A DNA stretch of 64,000 nt from an uncultured Actinomycetes bacterium (GCA_963836445.1 CAWIJM010000027.1:13163-77162); one strand, 5' to 3'; shown: positions 1-9,080, counted from the first letter of the stretch. Notes: generated by a model not told the origin, from the letters alone. Made by a program: numbers and translations.

Positions 1-501
1 TATGTCCTTCGATTCGAGCGGCGCTTCCAGCATCCGGTCGAGCGCGTGTGGGATGCGCTCACCCGGCCGGAACGGATCCCGGAGTGGTGGGGCGAGGGCG
101 ATGTCGAGCTCGAGCTCGTCGAAGGCGGGAAGTACGACGTTCGTACCACTGGGCCGCCGGAACTCGTCGAGGCGGTCATCGCCGAGGCCGGCGAGGACGG
201 GTTGACCCAGCACAACACCGTGCTCCGCGTCGATCCGCCCGTCCTCTTCGAGCACACGTTCGGCGCTTCCGACTCGATCGCGCGCTGGGAGCTGCAGCGG
301 GATGCGGACGGCTGTCGCCTGACGCTCACGCACACGGAGCCCCCCAGCTTCGACATTGCGGACGACGGCCCCCGCGACCTCGGCGGCTGGCACACGGTTC
401 TCCACCGCCTCGGCGCTGTGCTCGACGGCAAGCCGGTCCCATGGCAGAAGGAGGACTGGGAAGAGCACCGCGACCGCTACGCCGCCAAGTTGGGAGACTA
501 A
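1..501 (+). CDS. SRPBCC/AHSA1-like (START/Bet v1 fold) protein, 5' end outside window
   Basis: Frame 1 open from nt 1 (VLRFERRFQHPVERVWDALTRPERIPEWW...), stop at 499-501; sequence pattern typical of Aha1/SRPBCC family; high GC3. Confidence 0.7.
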   Translation, partial: YVLRFERRFQHPVERVWDALTRPERIPEWWGEGDVELELVEGGKYDVRTTGPPELVEAVIAEAGEDGLTQHNTVLRVDPPVLFEHTFGASDSIARWELQRDADGCRLTLTHTEPPSFDIADDGPRDLGGWHTVLHRLGAVLDGKPVPWQKEDWEEHRDRYAAKLGD

Positions 502-504
502 GCG

Positions 505-936
505 TTACTGCGCTGCGTGCTCTGCGAGACCCTGCGCGCATTGATCGAGGAAGCGACGCAGGCCGCGCTCGAGGAGCCATCCAGTCCCCGGCACCTTGGC
601 AAGGAATGACGCCTGCCAGCGAATGGTGGTCCCCTCGGCTTCGGGTTCGAGGTCGACGTGCGCCCGGTAATCCCTGACCGGCAGTCCCGAGAGCGACGCA
701 TAGCCGAAGCGCCGGCCGGGGACGACCTCGACGATCTGGTCGCGGCCGACGGTGCGGCCCCGGCGAAAGATCCGGATGGCGCCGGGTCCTTCGGGCGGCG
801 GATCGCCCGGGCGCTCCAGCTCGAAGGACTCGATCGGCGACCAGCGCGGCCAGCTTGTGCCGTCCGCCAGCAACGCGAACACTGCGTCCGGGCCGGCGTG
901 CGAGTGTGCGGTGACCTCGATGAGGCGCCCTCCCAT
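505..936 (-). CDS. SRPBCC family protein (polyketide cyclase/dehydrase-like)
   Basis: C-terminal 143 aa of ORF 505..1632 from internal ATG at 936 (MGGRLIEVTAHSHAGPDAVFALLADGTSWPRWSP...); the upstream part of that ORF is Arg/Pro-rich antisense noise. Confidence 0.7.
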   Translation of the reverse strand: MGGRLIEVTAHSHAGPDAVFALLADGTSWPRWSPIESFELERPGDPPPEGPGAIRIFRRGRTVGRDQIVEVVPGRRFGYASLSGLPVRDYRAHVDLEPEAEGTTIRWQASFLAKVPGTGWLLERGLRRFLDQCAQGLAEHAAQ

Positions 937-996
937 GCCGTTCCTTGTACCAGACGGGCGGGAATGGGCCGTCGCGGAGCCCGGTTGCAGCGCGTC

Positions 997-1650
997 GTGG
1001 ACCTTCTCCACGGCGCCGTCGTGTCGGTGAACGTCGGCCGGGCGCGAGCTGTCGAACGCGACGGGGAGCCGGCGACCACGGCGATTTGGAAGTCGCCGCA
1101 GTCGGGTCATGTGCGAGCGCGGGACGTCAACCTCGACGGCGACGAGCAGGCCGACCGGTCCGTGCACGGTGGGTACGACAAAGCCGTGTACGCGTACGCG
1201 GTCGAGGACACGCGGTGGTGGGAGACGGAGCTCGGACGGACCATCGGGCCCGGCGGCTTCGGTGAGAACCTCACCGTGGAGGGTCTCGATCTCTTCGATT
1301 CGGTCGTCGGGGAGCGCTGGGCGGTAGGAACCACCGTCCTCGAGGTGAGCGAGCCGCGGCTTCCGTGCTGGAAGCTCGGAGTGCGCATGGGAGACGGCTC
1401 GTTCCCACGGCGCTTCACTCGCGCGGCGCGGCCCGGTACGTATCTGCGCATCGTCGACGAGGGAGAGATCGGCGCGGGCGACGAGGTGCGCATCGTCTCG
1501 CGGCCCGACCACGGCTTCACCGTCGGTGATATCTGGCGCGTGTACCACCAGGACCGGCGCGACGCCGGCGCGCTCCTCGACGTGCCTCAGCTCGGGACCG
1601 CATGGCGTGAGTGGGCAGAAGGGCGGGTGCAAAGGATGGCGGAATCGTGA
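997..1650 (+). CDS. MOSC domain-containing protein
   Basis: VSVNVGRARAV...WKSP...HGGYDKAVYAY...FGENLTVEGLD...LEVSEPRLPCWKLG... typical MOSC beta-barrel; GTG 997 (ATG 964 alternative); divergent from 505..936. Confidence 0.8.
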   Translation: MDLLHGAVVSVNVGRARAVERDGEPATTAIWKSPQSGHVRARDVNLDGDEQADRSVHGGYDKAVYAYAVEDTRWWETELGRTIGPGGFGENLTVEGLDLFDSVVGERWAVGTTVLEVSEPRLPCWKLGVRMGDGSFPRRFTRAARPGTYLRIVDEGEIGAGDEVRIVSRPDHGFTVGDIWRVYHQDRRDAGALLDVPQLGTAWREWAEGRVQRMAES

Positions 1651-2039
1651 CTGCGAACGGCAGCGTCTTCACCGGTGCCGAGCGGCGCTACTTGTCAGAG
1701 GGTCGATTGGGACGCCTCGCGACCATAGGGCGTGATGGCACCCCACACGTCGCGCCGGTCGGGTGGCGCTACGAGTCCGATCACGACGTGATCGAGATCG
1801 GCGGTCGCAACTTCGAGCGTTCGAAAAAGTACCACGACGCCGGCCGGTCGGGCCGGGCGGCCATCGTCATCGACGATCTCGTGAGCGTGGACCCATGGAG
1901 GCCGCGCGGCATCGAGATCCGCGGGACCGCCGAAGTCCTCGACGACCCGCCCCGGATCCGAATCCACCCGCAGCGGATCGTGTCGTGGGGACTCGACAAC
2001 GACGACTTCTTCGAGCGGCACGCGTGGACCGTCGACTGA
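1647..2039 (+). CDS. PPOX-class (pyridoxamine 5'-phosphate oxidase-like) probable F420-dependent enzyme
   Basis: GRLGRLATIGRDGTPHVAPVGW...IEIGG...SKKYHD...AAIVIDDL...PRGIEIRG; GTG 1647 overlaps the MOSC stop (GTGA). Confidence 0.7.
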   Translation: MTANGSVFTGAERRYLSEGRLGRLATIGRDGTPHVAPVGWRYESDHDVIEIGGRNFERSKKYHDAGRSGRAAIVIDDLVSVDPWRPRGIEIRGTAEVLDDPPRIRIHPQRIVSWGLDNDDFFERHAWTVD

Positions 2040-2064
2040 CCGTGTGCGCCGGCGCGCGAGATCC

Positions 2065-2493
2065 TCAGGCGCTTGCGATCTCCCGGGGCTCGGTGAGCCG
2101 CAGGCTGTTGCCCGACGGGTCACGGAAGCCGCAATCGATCCCGTAGGGGCGCTCTTCGGGCGCCTCCGTGAACTCGACACCGCGTCCCCGCATCTCCTCG
2201 TACGCCGCCCGGCAGTCGTCGGTGACGAGGAAGATCGTCCCCGCGAACCCCTTCGCCATCAGAGCTCGAACTTCCTTCGCCGTCTGCTCGTCCATGACGG
2301 GCGGGCCCGGGATGGCCATCAGGGTGACCGCGACGTCGCCTTGCCCGGGGGCGCCCACCGTGAGCCAGCGGAAGTTCCCCAACTCGGGGACCGTCACGTC
2401 GGACCGGATCTCCATCCCGACCTTCTTCGTGTAGAACTCGAGCGCCTCGTCCTGGTCGTGCACCCAGAGCTGTGCGCTGCCGATCTGGATCAT
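2065..2493 (-). CDS. VOC family (glyoxalase/bleomycin-resistance/dioxygenase) protein
   Basis: 142-aa ORF: QLWVHDQDEALEFYTKKVGME...FRDPSGNSLRL, VOC beta-alpha-beta-beta-beta pattern. Confidence 0.85.
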   Translation of the reverse strand: MIQIGSAQLWVHDQDEALEFYTKKVGMEIRSDVTVPELGNFRWLTVGAPGQGDVAVTLMAIPGPPVMDEQTAKEVRALMAKGFAGTIFLVTDDCRAAYEEMRGRGVEFTEAPEERPYGIDCGFRDPSGNSLRLTEPREIASA

Positions 2494-2541
2494 TCGCCTT
2501 CCTCCTCGTAGGACCGTTCGAAGGAACGTGTGCAGCGCACG

Positions 2542-2976
2542 CTAAAGATGAACGCGACCGGTGTCTTCTCGAAACGTGCGGTTTGGCGGGCGTCCGAACG
2601 CCCGCAACATGCACGTCGGGATCAGCGCTTGGTCGGCCGCCCTCGGGAAGGCGGCTCGGTACGCCGTCGGTGACAGGCCGAAGGTGCGGGTGAAGCTGGT
2701 GGTGAACGAGCCGACGCTCTGCAGCCCGACGTCGAAGCAGATCCGCGCGACCGAGCGGTCCGTGTTCCGCAGGAGCGCAGCGGCGCGCTCCAGACGCCGC
2801 GTCAACAGGTACGCGTGCGGCGACTCCCCGAACGTCCGGCGGAACTCGCGGCTGAAGTGGGCGCGCGAGAAGCCGGCGGCGCGGGCAAGGTCGCCGACCT
2901 CCAGCGGATCGAAGTACCGGGAGTCGACGAGATCCTTCGCCCGGAGCAGGTCACGGTCGCGCGACGCGAAGACCAT
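2542..2976 (-). CDS. AraC-family helix-turn-helix transcriptional regulator (DNA-binding domain only)
   Basis: LARAAGFSRAHFSREFRRTFGESPHAYLLTRRLERAAALLRNTDRSVARICFDVGLQSVGSFTTSFTRTFGLSPTAYR; immediately upstream of and co-directional with VOC 2065..2493. Confidence 0.85.
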   Translation of the reverse strand: MVFASRDRDLLRAKDLVDSRYFDPLEVGDLARAAGFSRAHFSREFRRTFGESPHAYLLTRRLERAAALLRNTDRSVARICFDVGLQSVGSFTTSFTRTFGLSPTAYRAAFPRAADQALIPTCMLRAFGRPPNRTFREDTGRVHL

Positions 2977-2989
2977 CGTGGTTGCGTCG

Positions 2990-4019
2990 TCATTCCTTGC
3001 GGGCGCGGCTGGGGGCGACTCGAGGCGGCTCGTCGGGCTGCTTCGGGTACACCGGCGGCCATGGCGCGTCCATGAGGCCGTTGGCGCGGTCCTGCTCGTA
3101 CATCGCGAGCAGCGGCTCCAGCGACTGCGGATGGTCGTTCATGTCGGCCCACGGATCGCCGTGTGCCTCGATGCGGGCGGGGAGCGTGGAGATCGTCAGC
3201 TCGTCGGGATGGATCTCGTCGATCTCGTCCCAGAAGAGCGGCGTCGATACCTGGGCCCCGACACGGGCCCGCACCGACCACGCGCCGAACACCGTCTTGT
3301 GCGGCGCGTTCTGGTTGAAGTCGAGGAAGACCCGCTCGCCCCGCTCCTCTTTCCACCACGCCGCCGTCATCAGATCGGGATGCCGCCGCTCGAGCTCGCG
3401 AGCGGCGGCCACCGCCGCCCGCCGCACGTCGTACGAGTCCCACCGCGGCTCGAGCCGGATGTAGACGTGCACGCCGCGGTTGCCGGTCGTCTTCGGGTAG
3501 CCGACGATCCCGAGCTCGTCGAGGAAGGCCCGCACCTTGGCCGCCGCCGCCCGTATGTGCGGTGAAGTCGGTGCCGGGCTGCGGGTCGAGGTCGAGACGG
3601 AGCTCGTCGGCATGGTCGGGGTCGTCGGCGAGGTACGGCCAGACGTGGAAGCCGAGGCACCCGATGTTGACGGCCCACACGACGTGGGCGAGGTCGGCCA
3701 CCACGAGCGCCCGTGACGTCGTCCCGTTCGGTGTGCTCACGATCGTCGTCTGCAGCCAGTCGGGCGCCGACTTCGGCACCCGCTTCTGGAAGAAGTTCGA
3801 CCCGCTCGCGCCCTCCGGGAAGCGCTGCATGAGCGTCGGCCGGCCGCCCATCGTGCGCATCACCGGCTCGGCGAACCGGAGGTAGTGGTTGACGAGATCG
3901 AGCTTCGTCTCGCCGTGCTCGGAGAAGAACACCTTGTCGGGGTGCGAGATGAGGAGCTCGCGCCCGTCGATCTCGAGGGCCTTCTCGTCGGCCGCGGCCA
4001 CGGCGTTCACGGTAGCCAA
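2990..4019 (-). pseudogene. LigD-type NHEJ primase-polymerase domain (PolDom), frame broken once (or assembly indel)
   Basis: N-terminal half in ORF 2802..4019 (ISHPDKVFF...TKLDLVNYL...LRLDLDPQPGTDF), C-terminal half in ORF 2990..3613 (HIRAAAAKVRAFLDELGIVGYPKTTGNRGVHVYIRL...FLDFNQN...). The two frames join at about 3555-3566. Confidence 0.8.
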
Positions 4020-4150
4020 GACCGTCGGGCGCCTCCGGGCTCATCGGTGACCGGCGTCACAGTGGGAAGTTCACCGGGGCGCGATGAGTTGCCCGCGCGG
4101 ATGCGGTCATAACCCCGATACCGCAGCTCGCTTCGACGAGGAGGACGGCC

Positions 4151-5146
4151 TTGGAATCGCGTTCCCCCCTGGCTATCGAGGCTTCCGGCCTGGCGAAGTC
4201 GTTCGGCGAGACCCGTGCCGTCTGTGGCGTCGACCTCGCGGTGCCGGCCGGCACCGTGTACGGGTTCCTCGGACCGAACGGCGCCGGGAAGACCACGACC
4301 ATCCGGATGCTCGCCACGCTGATCGAACCGGACGAGGGCACGGCCTACGTGCTCGGCCAGGACGTGGTCCGCGAGGCCGACGCCGTGCGCCGGCGCGTCA
4401 GCCTGACCGGTCAGTACGCGTCCATCGACGAGGAGCTGAGCGGGCGGGAGAACCTCGTGCTCCTCGGTCGTCTTCTCGGGTATTCGCACGCCCAGGCCAA
4501 GGCCCGCGCCGACGAGCTGCTCGAGGTGTTCGACCTGGCCGAGGCGGCCGGCCGTCAGGTCGAGACGTACTCGGGAGGCATGCGGCGCAAGCTCGACATC
4601 GCCGGGAGCATCGTCGTCCCGCCCGACCTGATGTTCCTCGACGAGCCGACCACCGGCCTCGACCCGCGGAGCCGGAACCAGTTGTGGGAGATCATCCGGG
4701 CGCTCGTCGCCCAGGGCACGACCGCGCTCCTCACGACCCAGTACCTCGACGAGGCCGATCAGCTCGCCAACCGGATCGCCGTCATCGACCGCGGCACTGT
4801 CATCGCCGAGGGCACGAGCGGCGAGCTCAAGGCCTCGGTCGGCGCGGGCGCACTGCATGTACGGGTGCGCGACCCCGAGAAGCGGTCCGAGGGGCAGCAG
4901 CTGCTGGCGCGGACGCTGGGCGTCGAGGTGCACTGCGACTCCGACCCGGTCTCGCTGACGGCGTCCGTCTCGGACCCCGAGCGGGTGGCGCGGGCGCTGG
5001 CCGAGCTCGCACGAGCCGATGTCGGCGTGGCCGAGTTCGCACTCGGGCAGCCGAGCCTCGACGAGGTGTTCTTCGCGCTGACCGGCCGTCCCGCCGAAGA
5101 GCGCACGGAGCAAGAGAACGAGAACGAAGAGGAGGACGCAGCATGA
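4151..5146 (+). CDS. ABC transporter ATP-binding protein, DrrA/ABC-2 exporter type
   Basis: Walker [10 protein letters not shown], signature [10 protein letters not shown], Walker [13 protein letters not shown]; TTG start preceded by GAGGAGGA. Confidence 0.9.
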   Translation: MESRSPLAIEASGLAKSFGETRAVCGVDLAVPAGTVYGFLGPNGAGKTTTIRMLATLIEPDEGTAYVLGQDVVREADAVRRRVSLTGQYASIDEELSGRENLVLLGRLLGYSHAQAKARADELLEVFDLAEAAGRQVETYSGGMRRKLDIAGSIVVPPDLMFLDEPTTGLDPRSRNQLWEIIRALVAQGTTALLTTQYLDEADQLANRIAVIDRGTVIAEGTSGELKASVGAGALHVRVRDPEKRSEGQQLLARTLGVEVHCDSDPVSLTASVSDPERVARALAELARADVGVAEFALGQPSLDEVFFALTGRPAEERTEQENENEEEDAA

Positions 5147-5976
5147 CCGCGACCATGCAGGCGGCGCTCACGCACCGCGAACGCCCCGCCCCTCCGGGCC
5201 CGCTCTCGGCGTCGCTCACGTTCGGCTGGCGGGCGTTGCTCAAGATCAAGCACGTTCCGCAGCAGCTCTTCGACGTCACGATGTTCCCGATCATGTTCAC
5301 GCTGCTGTTCACGTTCTTGTTCGGGAACGCGCTGGAGGGGTCGACGAGCGCGTACGCGGAGTTCGCCATCCCGGGCATCCTCGTCCAGACCGTGGCGTTC
5401 ATCACGATGTACACCGGCGTCGCCCTGAACACCGACATCTCCAAGGGGATCTTCGACCGCTTCCGGTCGCTCCCCATCTGGCGACAGTCGGTCATCACGG
5501 GCGGTCTCATCGCCGACCTCGCTCGCTACGGGTTCGCGGCGTTGGTGGTGTTCGTGCTGGGCGTCGCGCTCGGGTTCCGGCCCGACAACGTCATCGGCGT
5601 GCTGGTCGCATTCGCCCTCATGCTGCTGTTCGCGCTCAGCCTCACCACGATCTGGATCATCTTCGGGATGATCCTGCGCACGCCGGAAGCCGTGATGCAG
5701 GCGAGCATCTCGATCCTGTTCCCGTTGGTGTTCCTCACGAACATCTGGGTGTCCGAGACCACGATGCCGGGCTGGCTCCAGGCCATCGTCAAGGTCAACC
5801 CGGTGACGAGGGTCGTGATCGCAGTACGCGAGCTGATGGCGGGGTCGGCGTCCGCTACGAACATCGGTTGGGCGCTGCTGTCGTGCGCCGTGATCATCGC
5901 CGTGTTCACTCCGATCACCTGGCACCTCTACAACAAGAAGCTCCGCACGCTGAGAGGAGGCCCGCATGTTGGGTGA
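5143..5976 (+). CDS. ABC-2 type exporter permease (DrrB-like)
   Basis: ATGA overlap with the ATPase gene; about 6 predicted TM helices ([77 protein letters not shown]). Confidence 0.85.
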   Translation: MTATMQAALTHRERPAPPGPLSASLTFGWRALLKIKHVPQQLFDVTMFPIMFTLLFTFLFGNALEGSTSAYAEFAIPGILVQTVAFITMYTGVALNTDISKGIFDRFRSLPIWRQSVITGGLIADLARYGFAALVVFVLGVALGFRPDNVIGVLVAFALMLLFALSLTTIWIIFGMILRTPEAVMQASISILFPLVFLTNIWVSETTMPGWLQAIVKVNPVTRVVIAVRELMAGSASATNIGWALLSCAVIIAVFTPITWHLYNKKLRTLRGGPHVG

Positions 5977-6364
5977 TCGAGACGTGACGACGATGGTGCC
6001 CGTGAAGGACGCGGCCGAGGCGGCCAAGTTCTTCGAGCACGCTCTCGGGCTCACCAGGTTGGACAGCTCGCCGACCGTCATCCGCTACCGGAGCGGATCG
6101 AGCACCCTGATCGTCTACGAGTCGCAGACCGCAGGTACCAACGAGGGAACGACAGCGCTCTGGACCGTCGACGACCTCGAGGCGACGGTGCGGGAGCTGA
6201 AGGCGAGGGGAGTGACGTTCGAGCACTACGACGACATCCCCGGCGGGAACCGAGACGGCGACATCCACGACCTCGGTGTGTTCAAGACGGCGTGGTTCAA
6301 GGACCCGACCGGCAACACGTTCGAAGTCAACAGCGGAGTCGAGCTCGACGAGCTCGGAGTCTGA
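5966..6364 (+). CDS. VOC family protein 1 of 3
   Basis: VPVKDAAEAAKFFEHALGL...WFKDPTGNTFEV; start overlaps the permease stop (ATG 5966, alternative ATG 5993). Confidence 0.75.
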   Translation: MLGDRDVTTMVPVKDAAEAAKFFEHALGLTRLDSSPTVIRYRSGSSTLIVYESQTAGTNEGTTALWTVDDLEATVRELKARGVTFEHYDDIPGGNRDGDIHDLGVFKTAWFKDPTGNTFEVNSGVELDELGV

Positions 6365-6366
6365 CC

Positions 6367-6756
6367 ATGGCGTCACCGGCGCTCGGCAGCATCCTGCTCG
6401 GAACCGCCGACCCCGAACGGCTGCGTGACTGGTACGCGGCCGCCCTGGCGCCGGGCGACGAAGGGGGAGGGTTCACCGAGGTGACGCCCACGATGTTCGC
6501 CGGCACGTTCGGGGACACCTCGTTGCTCATCGACGGGCGCAGCGACGTCGCCGGCACGAACCCCGAGCCGGGCCGCGTGGTCCTCAATTTCCATGTGGAC
6601 GATGCCCGCGCGGTCGCGAAACACCTCGACGCGCTCGGCGTGACCTGGCTGGTCGAGCTGGAAGAGCGCGAGGGCGGTGTCTTCGGCACGCTCGTCGACC
6701 CGGACGGCAACTACGTCCAGATCATCGAGCTGGGGCGGGGGCAGCCACCGTCTTGA
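6367..6756 (+). CDS. VOC family protein 2 of 3
   Basis: ATG 6367, 3 nt after the previous stop; RVVLNFHVDDARAVAKHLDALGVTWLVELEEREGGVFGTLVDPDGNYVQIIE. Confidence 0.75.
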   Translation: MASPALGSILLGTADPERLRDWYAAALAPGDEGGGFTEVTPTMFAGTFGDTSLLIDGRSDVAGTNPEPGRVVLNFHVDDARAVAKHLDALGVTWLVELEEREGGVFGTLVDPDGNYVQIIELGRGQPPS

Positions 6757-7181
6757 TGGTCGCGGACCCACCCCTTCCCGAGACGCCGGCGGGTGTCCGG
6801 CGGCGCGCCCGCCTCCGGGCGATCACGCTCGAGTCGCGCTCGCCCGATCGGGCCGCGGCCTGGTACCGACAGGCGCTCGGCCTGACGGATGACGACCGGC
6901 TGTTGACGGCGGGCGGCGTCGAGCTCCGCTTCACGCTCGGCACCGCCGATGCCCCGAACACCGTCGAGCCGGCGCGGATCGTCCTCAACTTCCACGTCGA
7001 CGACATCCGCGCCGCCGAGGCGAGGCTCGTCGCGCTCGAGGCCGTCTGGGTCCGCGAGTTGGAGCGCACACGCTGGGGCATAATCGGGACGGTTCTGGAC
7101 TTCGACGGCAACTACGTCCAGATCGTCGAGCCCGCCCCCGACTCGCCGCCCTGCCTCCAGCGGAAAGAGGAGCCCCGATGA
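6753..7181 (+). CDS. VOC family protein 3 of 3 (paralog of 6367..6756)
   Basis: ATGA overlap with the previous gene; RIVLNFHVDDIRAAEARLVALEAVWVRELERTRWGIIGTVLDFDGNYVQIVE. Confidence 0.75.
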   Translation: MMVADPPLPETPAGVRRRARLRAITLESRSPDRAAAWYRQALGLTDDDRLLTAGGVELRFTLGTADAPNTVEPARIVLNFHVDDIRAAEARLVALEAVWVRELERTRWGIIGTVLDFDGNYVQIVEPAPDSPPCLQRKEEPR

Positions 7182-8170
7182 CCGATGTCGCCGCGCCGGA
7201 TCTGGAACGCACCCTCGAGCAACACCGCGCCGAGCTGACCGGCTACTGCTACCGAATGCTCGGCTCGTCGTTCGAGGCCGAGGACGCCGTCCAGGAGACG
7301 CTGGTGCGGGCGTGGCGCGGCTTCGACCGCTTCGAGGGACGTTCGGCGCTGCGGTCCTGGCTCTACCGCATCGCCACCAACGTCTGTCTCGACATGATCC
7401 AAGGCCGCCAGCGCCGGGCGCTGCCCATGGACCTCGTGTCGTCCTCGTCCGGAGACTCGGAGGCGGGCCCGCGACTCCCCGAGAGCAAGTGGATCCAGCC
7501 CATCCCCGACGGCCGCGCCTTGCCGCCGACCGAGGATCCCGCCGAGGTGACGGAGTCCCGGGAGACGATCCGGGTGGCGTTGATCGCCGCGCTCCAGCAC
7601 CTGCCGGCGCGCCAGCGGGCGGTGCTGATCCTGCGCGAGGTGCTGCGGTGGAAGGCGAGCGAAGTGGCGGAGTTGCTCGATACGAGCGTCGTCTCCGTCA
7701 ACAGTGCCCTCCAGCGCGCCCGCTCGACCCTGGCCGCCAGCAACGTCGCCGACTCCGACGTGCTGATGCCGGCGGACGAGGAGCAGCGAGCGCTCTTGGC
7801 GCGCTACGTCGACGCGTTCGAGCGCTTCGACATCGACTCGCTCGTTGCGCTGCTCCACGAGGACGCCACCATGTCCATGCCGCCCTACGAGCTGTGGCTG
7901 GAGGGCGCCGACGAGCTCCGCAAGTGGCTGCTCGGCGCCGGTTCCGGCTGCCGCGGCTCGCGGTTCGAGCCCGTCGAGGCGAACGGGTCGCCCGCCTTCG
8001 CCCAGTGGCGCGCCGGTGGTCCCGCCGGGAGCTTCGAGGCGTGGGCGATCCACGTCCTCCGCGTGTCAGAAGGACGGATCAGCGGGATCGACTTCTTCGT
8101 CGATCCGGACCTGTTCCCGCTGTTCGGGCTGCCGGTACGGCTGGATCGGCAGGCCGGGGCACACCGGTAG
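7178..8170 (+). CDS. ECF RNA polymerase sigma factor with C-terminal SnoaL/NTF2-like extension (SigG-like, ECF41/ECF56 type)
   Basis: Region 2: YCYRMLGSSFEAEDAVQETLVRAWRGFDRFEGRSALRSWLYRIATNVCLD. Region 4: LPARQRAVLILREVLRWKASEVAELLDTSVVSVNSALQRAR. About 130-aa extension ending FFVDPDLFPLFGLP; ATGA overlap with the VOC gene. Confidence 0.85.
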   Translation: MTDVAAPDLERTLEQHRAELTGYCYRMLGSSFEAEDAVQETLVRAWRGFDRFEGRSALRSWLYRIATNVCLDMIQGRQRRALPMDLVSSSSGDSEAGPRLPESKWIQPIPDGRALPPTEDPAEVTESRETIRVALIAALQHLPARQRAVLILREVLRWKASEVAELLDTSVVSVNSALQRARSTLAASNVADSDVLMPADEEQRALLARYVDAFERFDIDSLVALLHEDATMSMPPYELWLEGADELRKWLLGAGSGCRGSRFEPVEANGSPAFAQWRAGGPAGSFEAWAIHVLRVSEGRISGIDFFVDPDLFPLFGLPVRLDRQAGAHR

Positions 8171-8536
8171 CTCGTCCCGCAGCCCGGTCAAGGCGAGGAG
8201 GTCGCGCAGCTCGCCCCGCGCGTTGCGGAGCCGTATCGCCCGGCCGGACCGCCGAGCCGTGAGCTGCAGGCGTGCCAGCGCGCCGACCGCGGTGACGTCC
8301 GGGTGCACGAGCCCGCCGACCTCGCAGGTGACGAGATCGACGTCGCCGTTGGCGAGCAGCAGCCTGAGGTGCTCGCAAAGATCCGGGATGGCTGCGCGGG
8401 CAATCGGTCCGCGGACGTCGAGGACGATCGTCCTCGGCCCGGACGGGGGCCGCAGGCCATCGAGCGGCGTGGGGGACAGCGAGTCGGGCGCGGCCAAGAG
8501 AACCTCCTCGGAGAGCCCTTTCCCCACTACGACCAC
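8066..8536 (-). CDS. STAS domain protein (anti-sigma-factor-antagonist fold)
   Basis: RTIVLDVRGPIARAAIPDLCEHLRLLL...DLVTCEVGGLVHPDVTAVGALARLQLTARRSGRAIRLRNARGELRDLLALTGL; start uncertain; the last ~35 codons overlap the sigma gene 3' end. Confidence 0.6.
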   Translation of the reverse strand: MVVVGKGLSEEVLLAAPDSLSPTPLDGLRPPSGPRTIVLDVRGPIARAAIPDLCEHLRLLLANGDVDLVTCEVGGLVHPDVTAVGALARLQLTARRSGRAIRLRNARGELRDLLALTGLRDELPVCPGLPIQPYRQPEQREQVRIDEEVDPADPSF

Positions 8537-8577
8537 GACCGGGGCCGGAACTCACCGGCGCCACGCCGGGGCTGAGC

Positions 8578-8916
8578 TCAGAGCTTGAAGATGACGATGT
8601 AGGTCGCCCCCGTCTCGGTCTCGAAGTCGGTGTGGGTGGAGCCCGCGGCGGCGGCATATCCATCGCCGGCCTTCATCTGCCGGCCCTGGTTCCGCAGCGT
8701 CCCTTCGACGACGTAGTTGAACTCTGCGTAGCCGTGCTCGTGGGGGGAGCCGACGTAGCCGGGCTGGGCCTCGACCAGCATGACCATGTATCCGTCGGCG
8801 CTGCCGAGAACCTTGGCCCGCGCCTCACCGGCGGAGCCGGTCCACGGCACCCAGTCGGCCTCGTCGGCGCGGACGATGTTCCAGCCGTCGAGTGAGATGT
8901 CCTGGGTCTGATCCAT
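8578..8916 (-). CDS. Cupin domain protein
   Basis: 112 aa from ATG 8916: GYVGSPHEHGYAEFNYVVEGTL...GDGYAAAAGSTHTDF, cupin motif pattern; the upstream part of ORF 8578..9186 is not protein-like. Confidence 0.7.
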   Translation of the reverse strand: MDQTQDISLDGWNIVRADEADWVPWTGSAGEARAKVLGSADGYMVMLVEAQPGYVGSPHEHGYAEFNYVVEGTLRNQGRQMKAGDGYAAAAGSTHTDFETETGATYIVIFKL

Positions 8917-9080
8917 CAGATCGTCCTTCCGATCGCTGCTGGTGGCTACGAATAGGTCACCCGGCTCCTGACCCGCAAGCACTTGGCGAGCCCGACCATC
9001 CCCGCTTTGGGCGGGCGGCGGAAGCACAATTGGGTGCCATCGGGACTTCAACGCAGGTCTTGCGCACTCATTTCGGCGCC

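Noticed and set aside
4055-4085. GTCACA motif upstream of the exporter operon, resembling the -35 element (TGTCACA) reported for extension-type ECF sigma factors
   Set aside because: No CGTC-like -10 element follows at a 16-17 nt spacing (GGCG/GCGC instead). A single hexamer match in GC-rich DNA is not evidence of a promoter.
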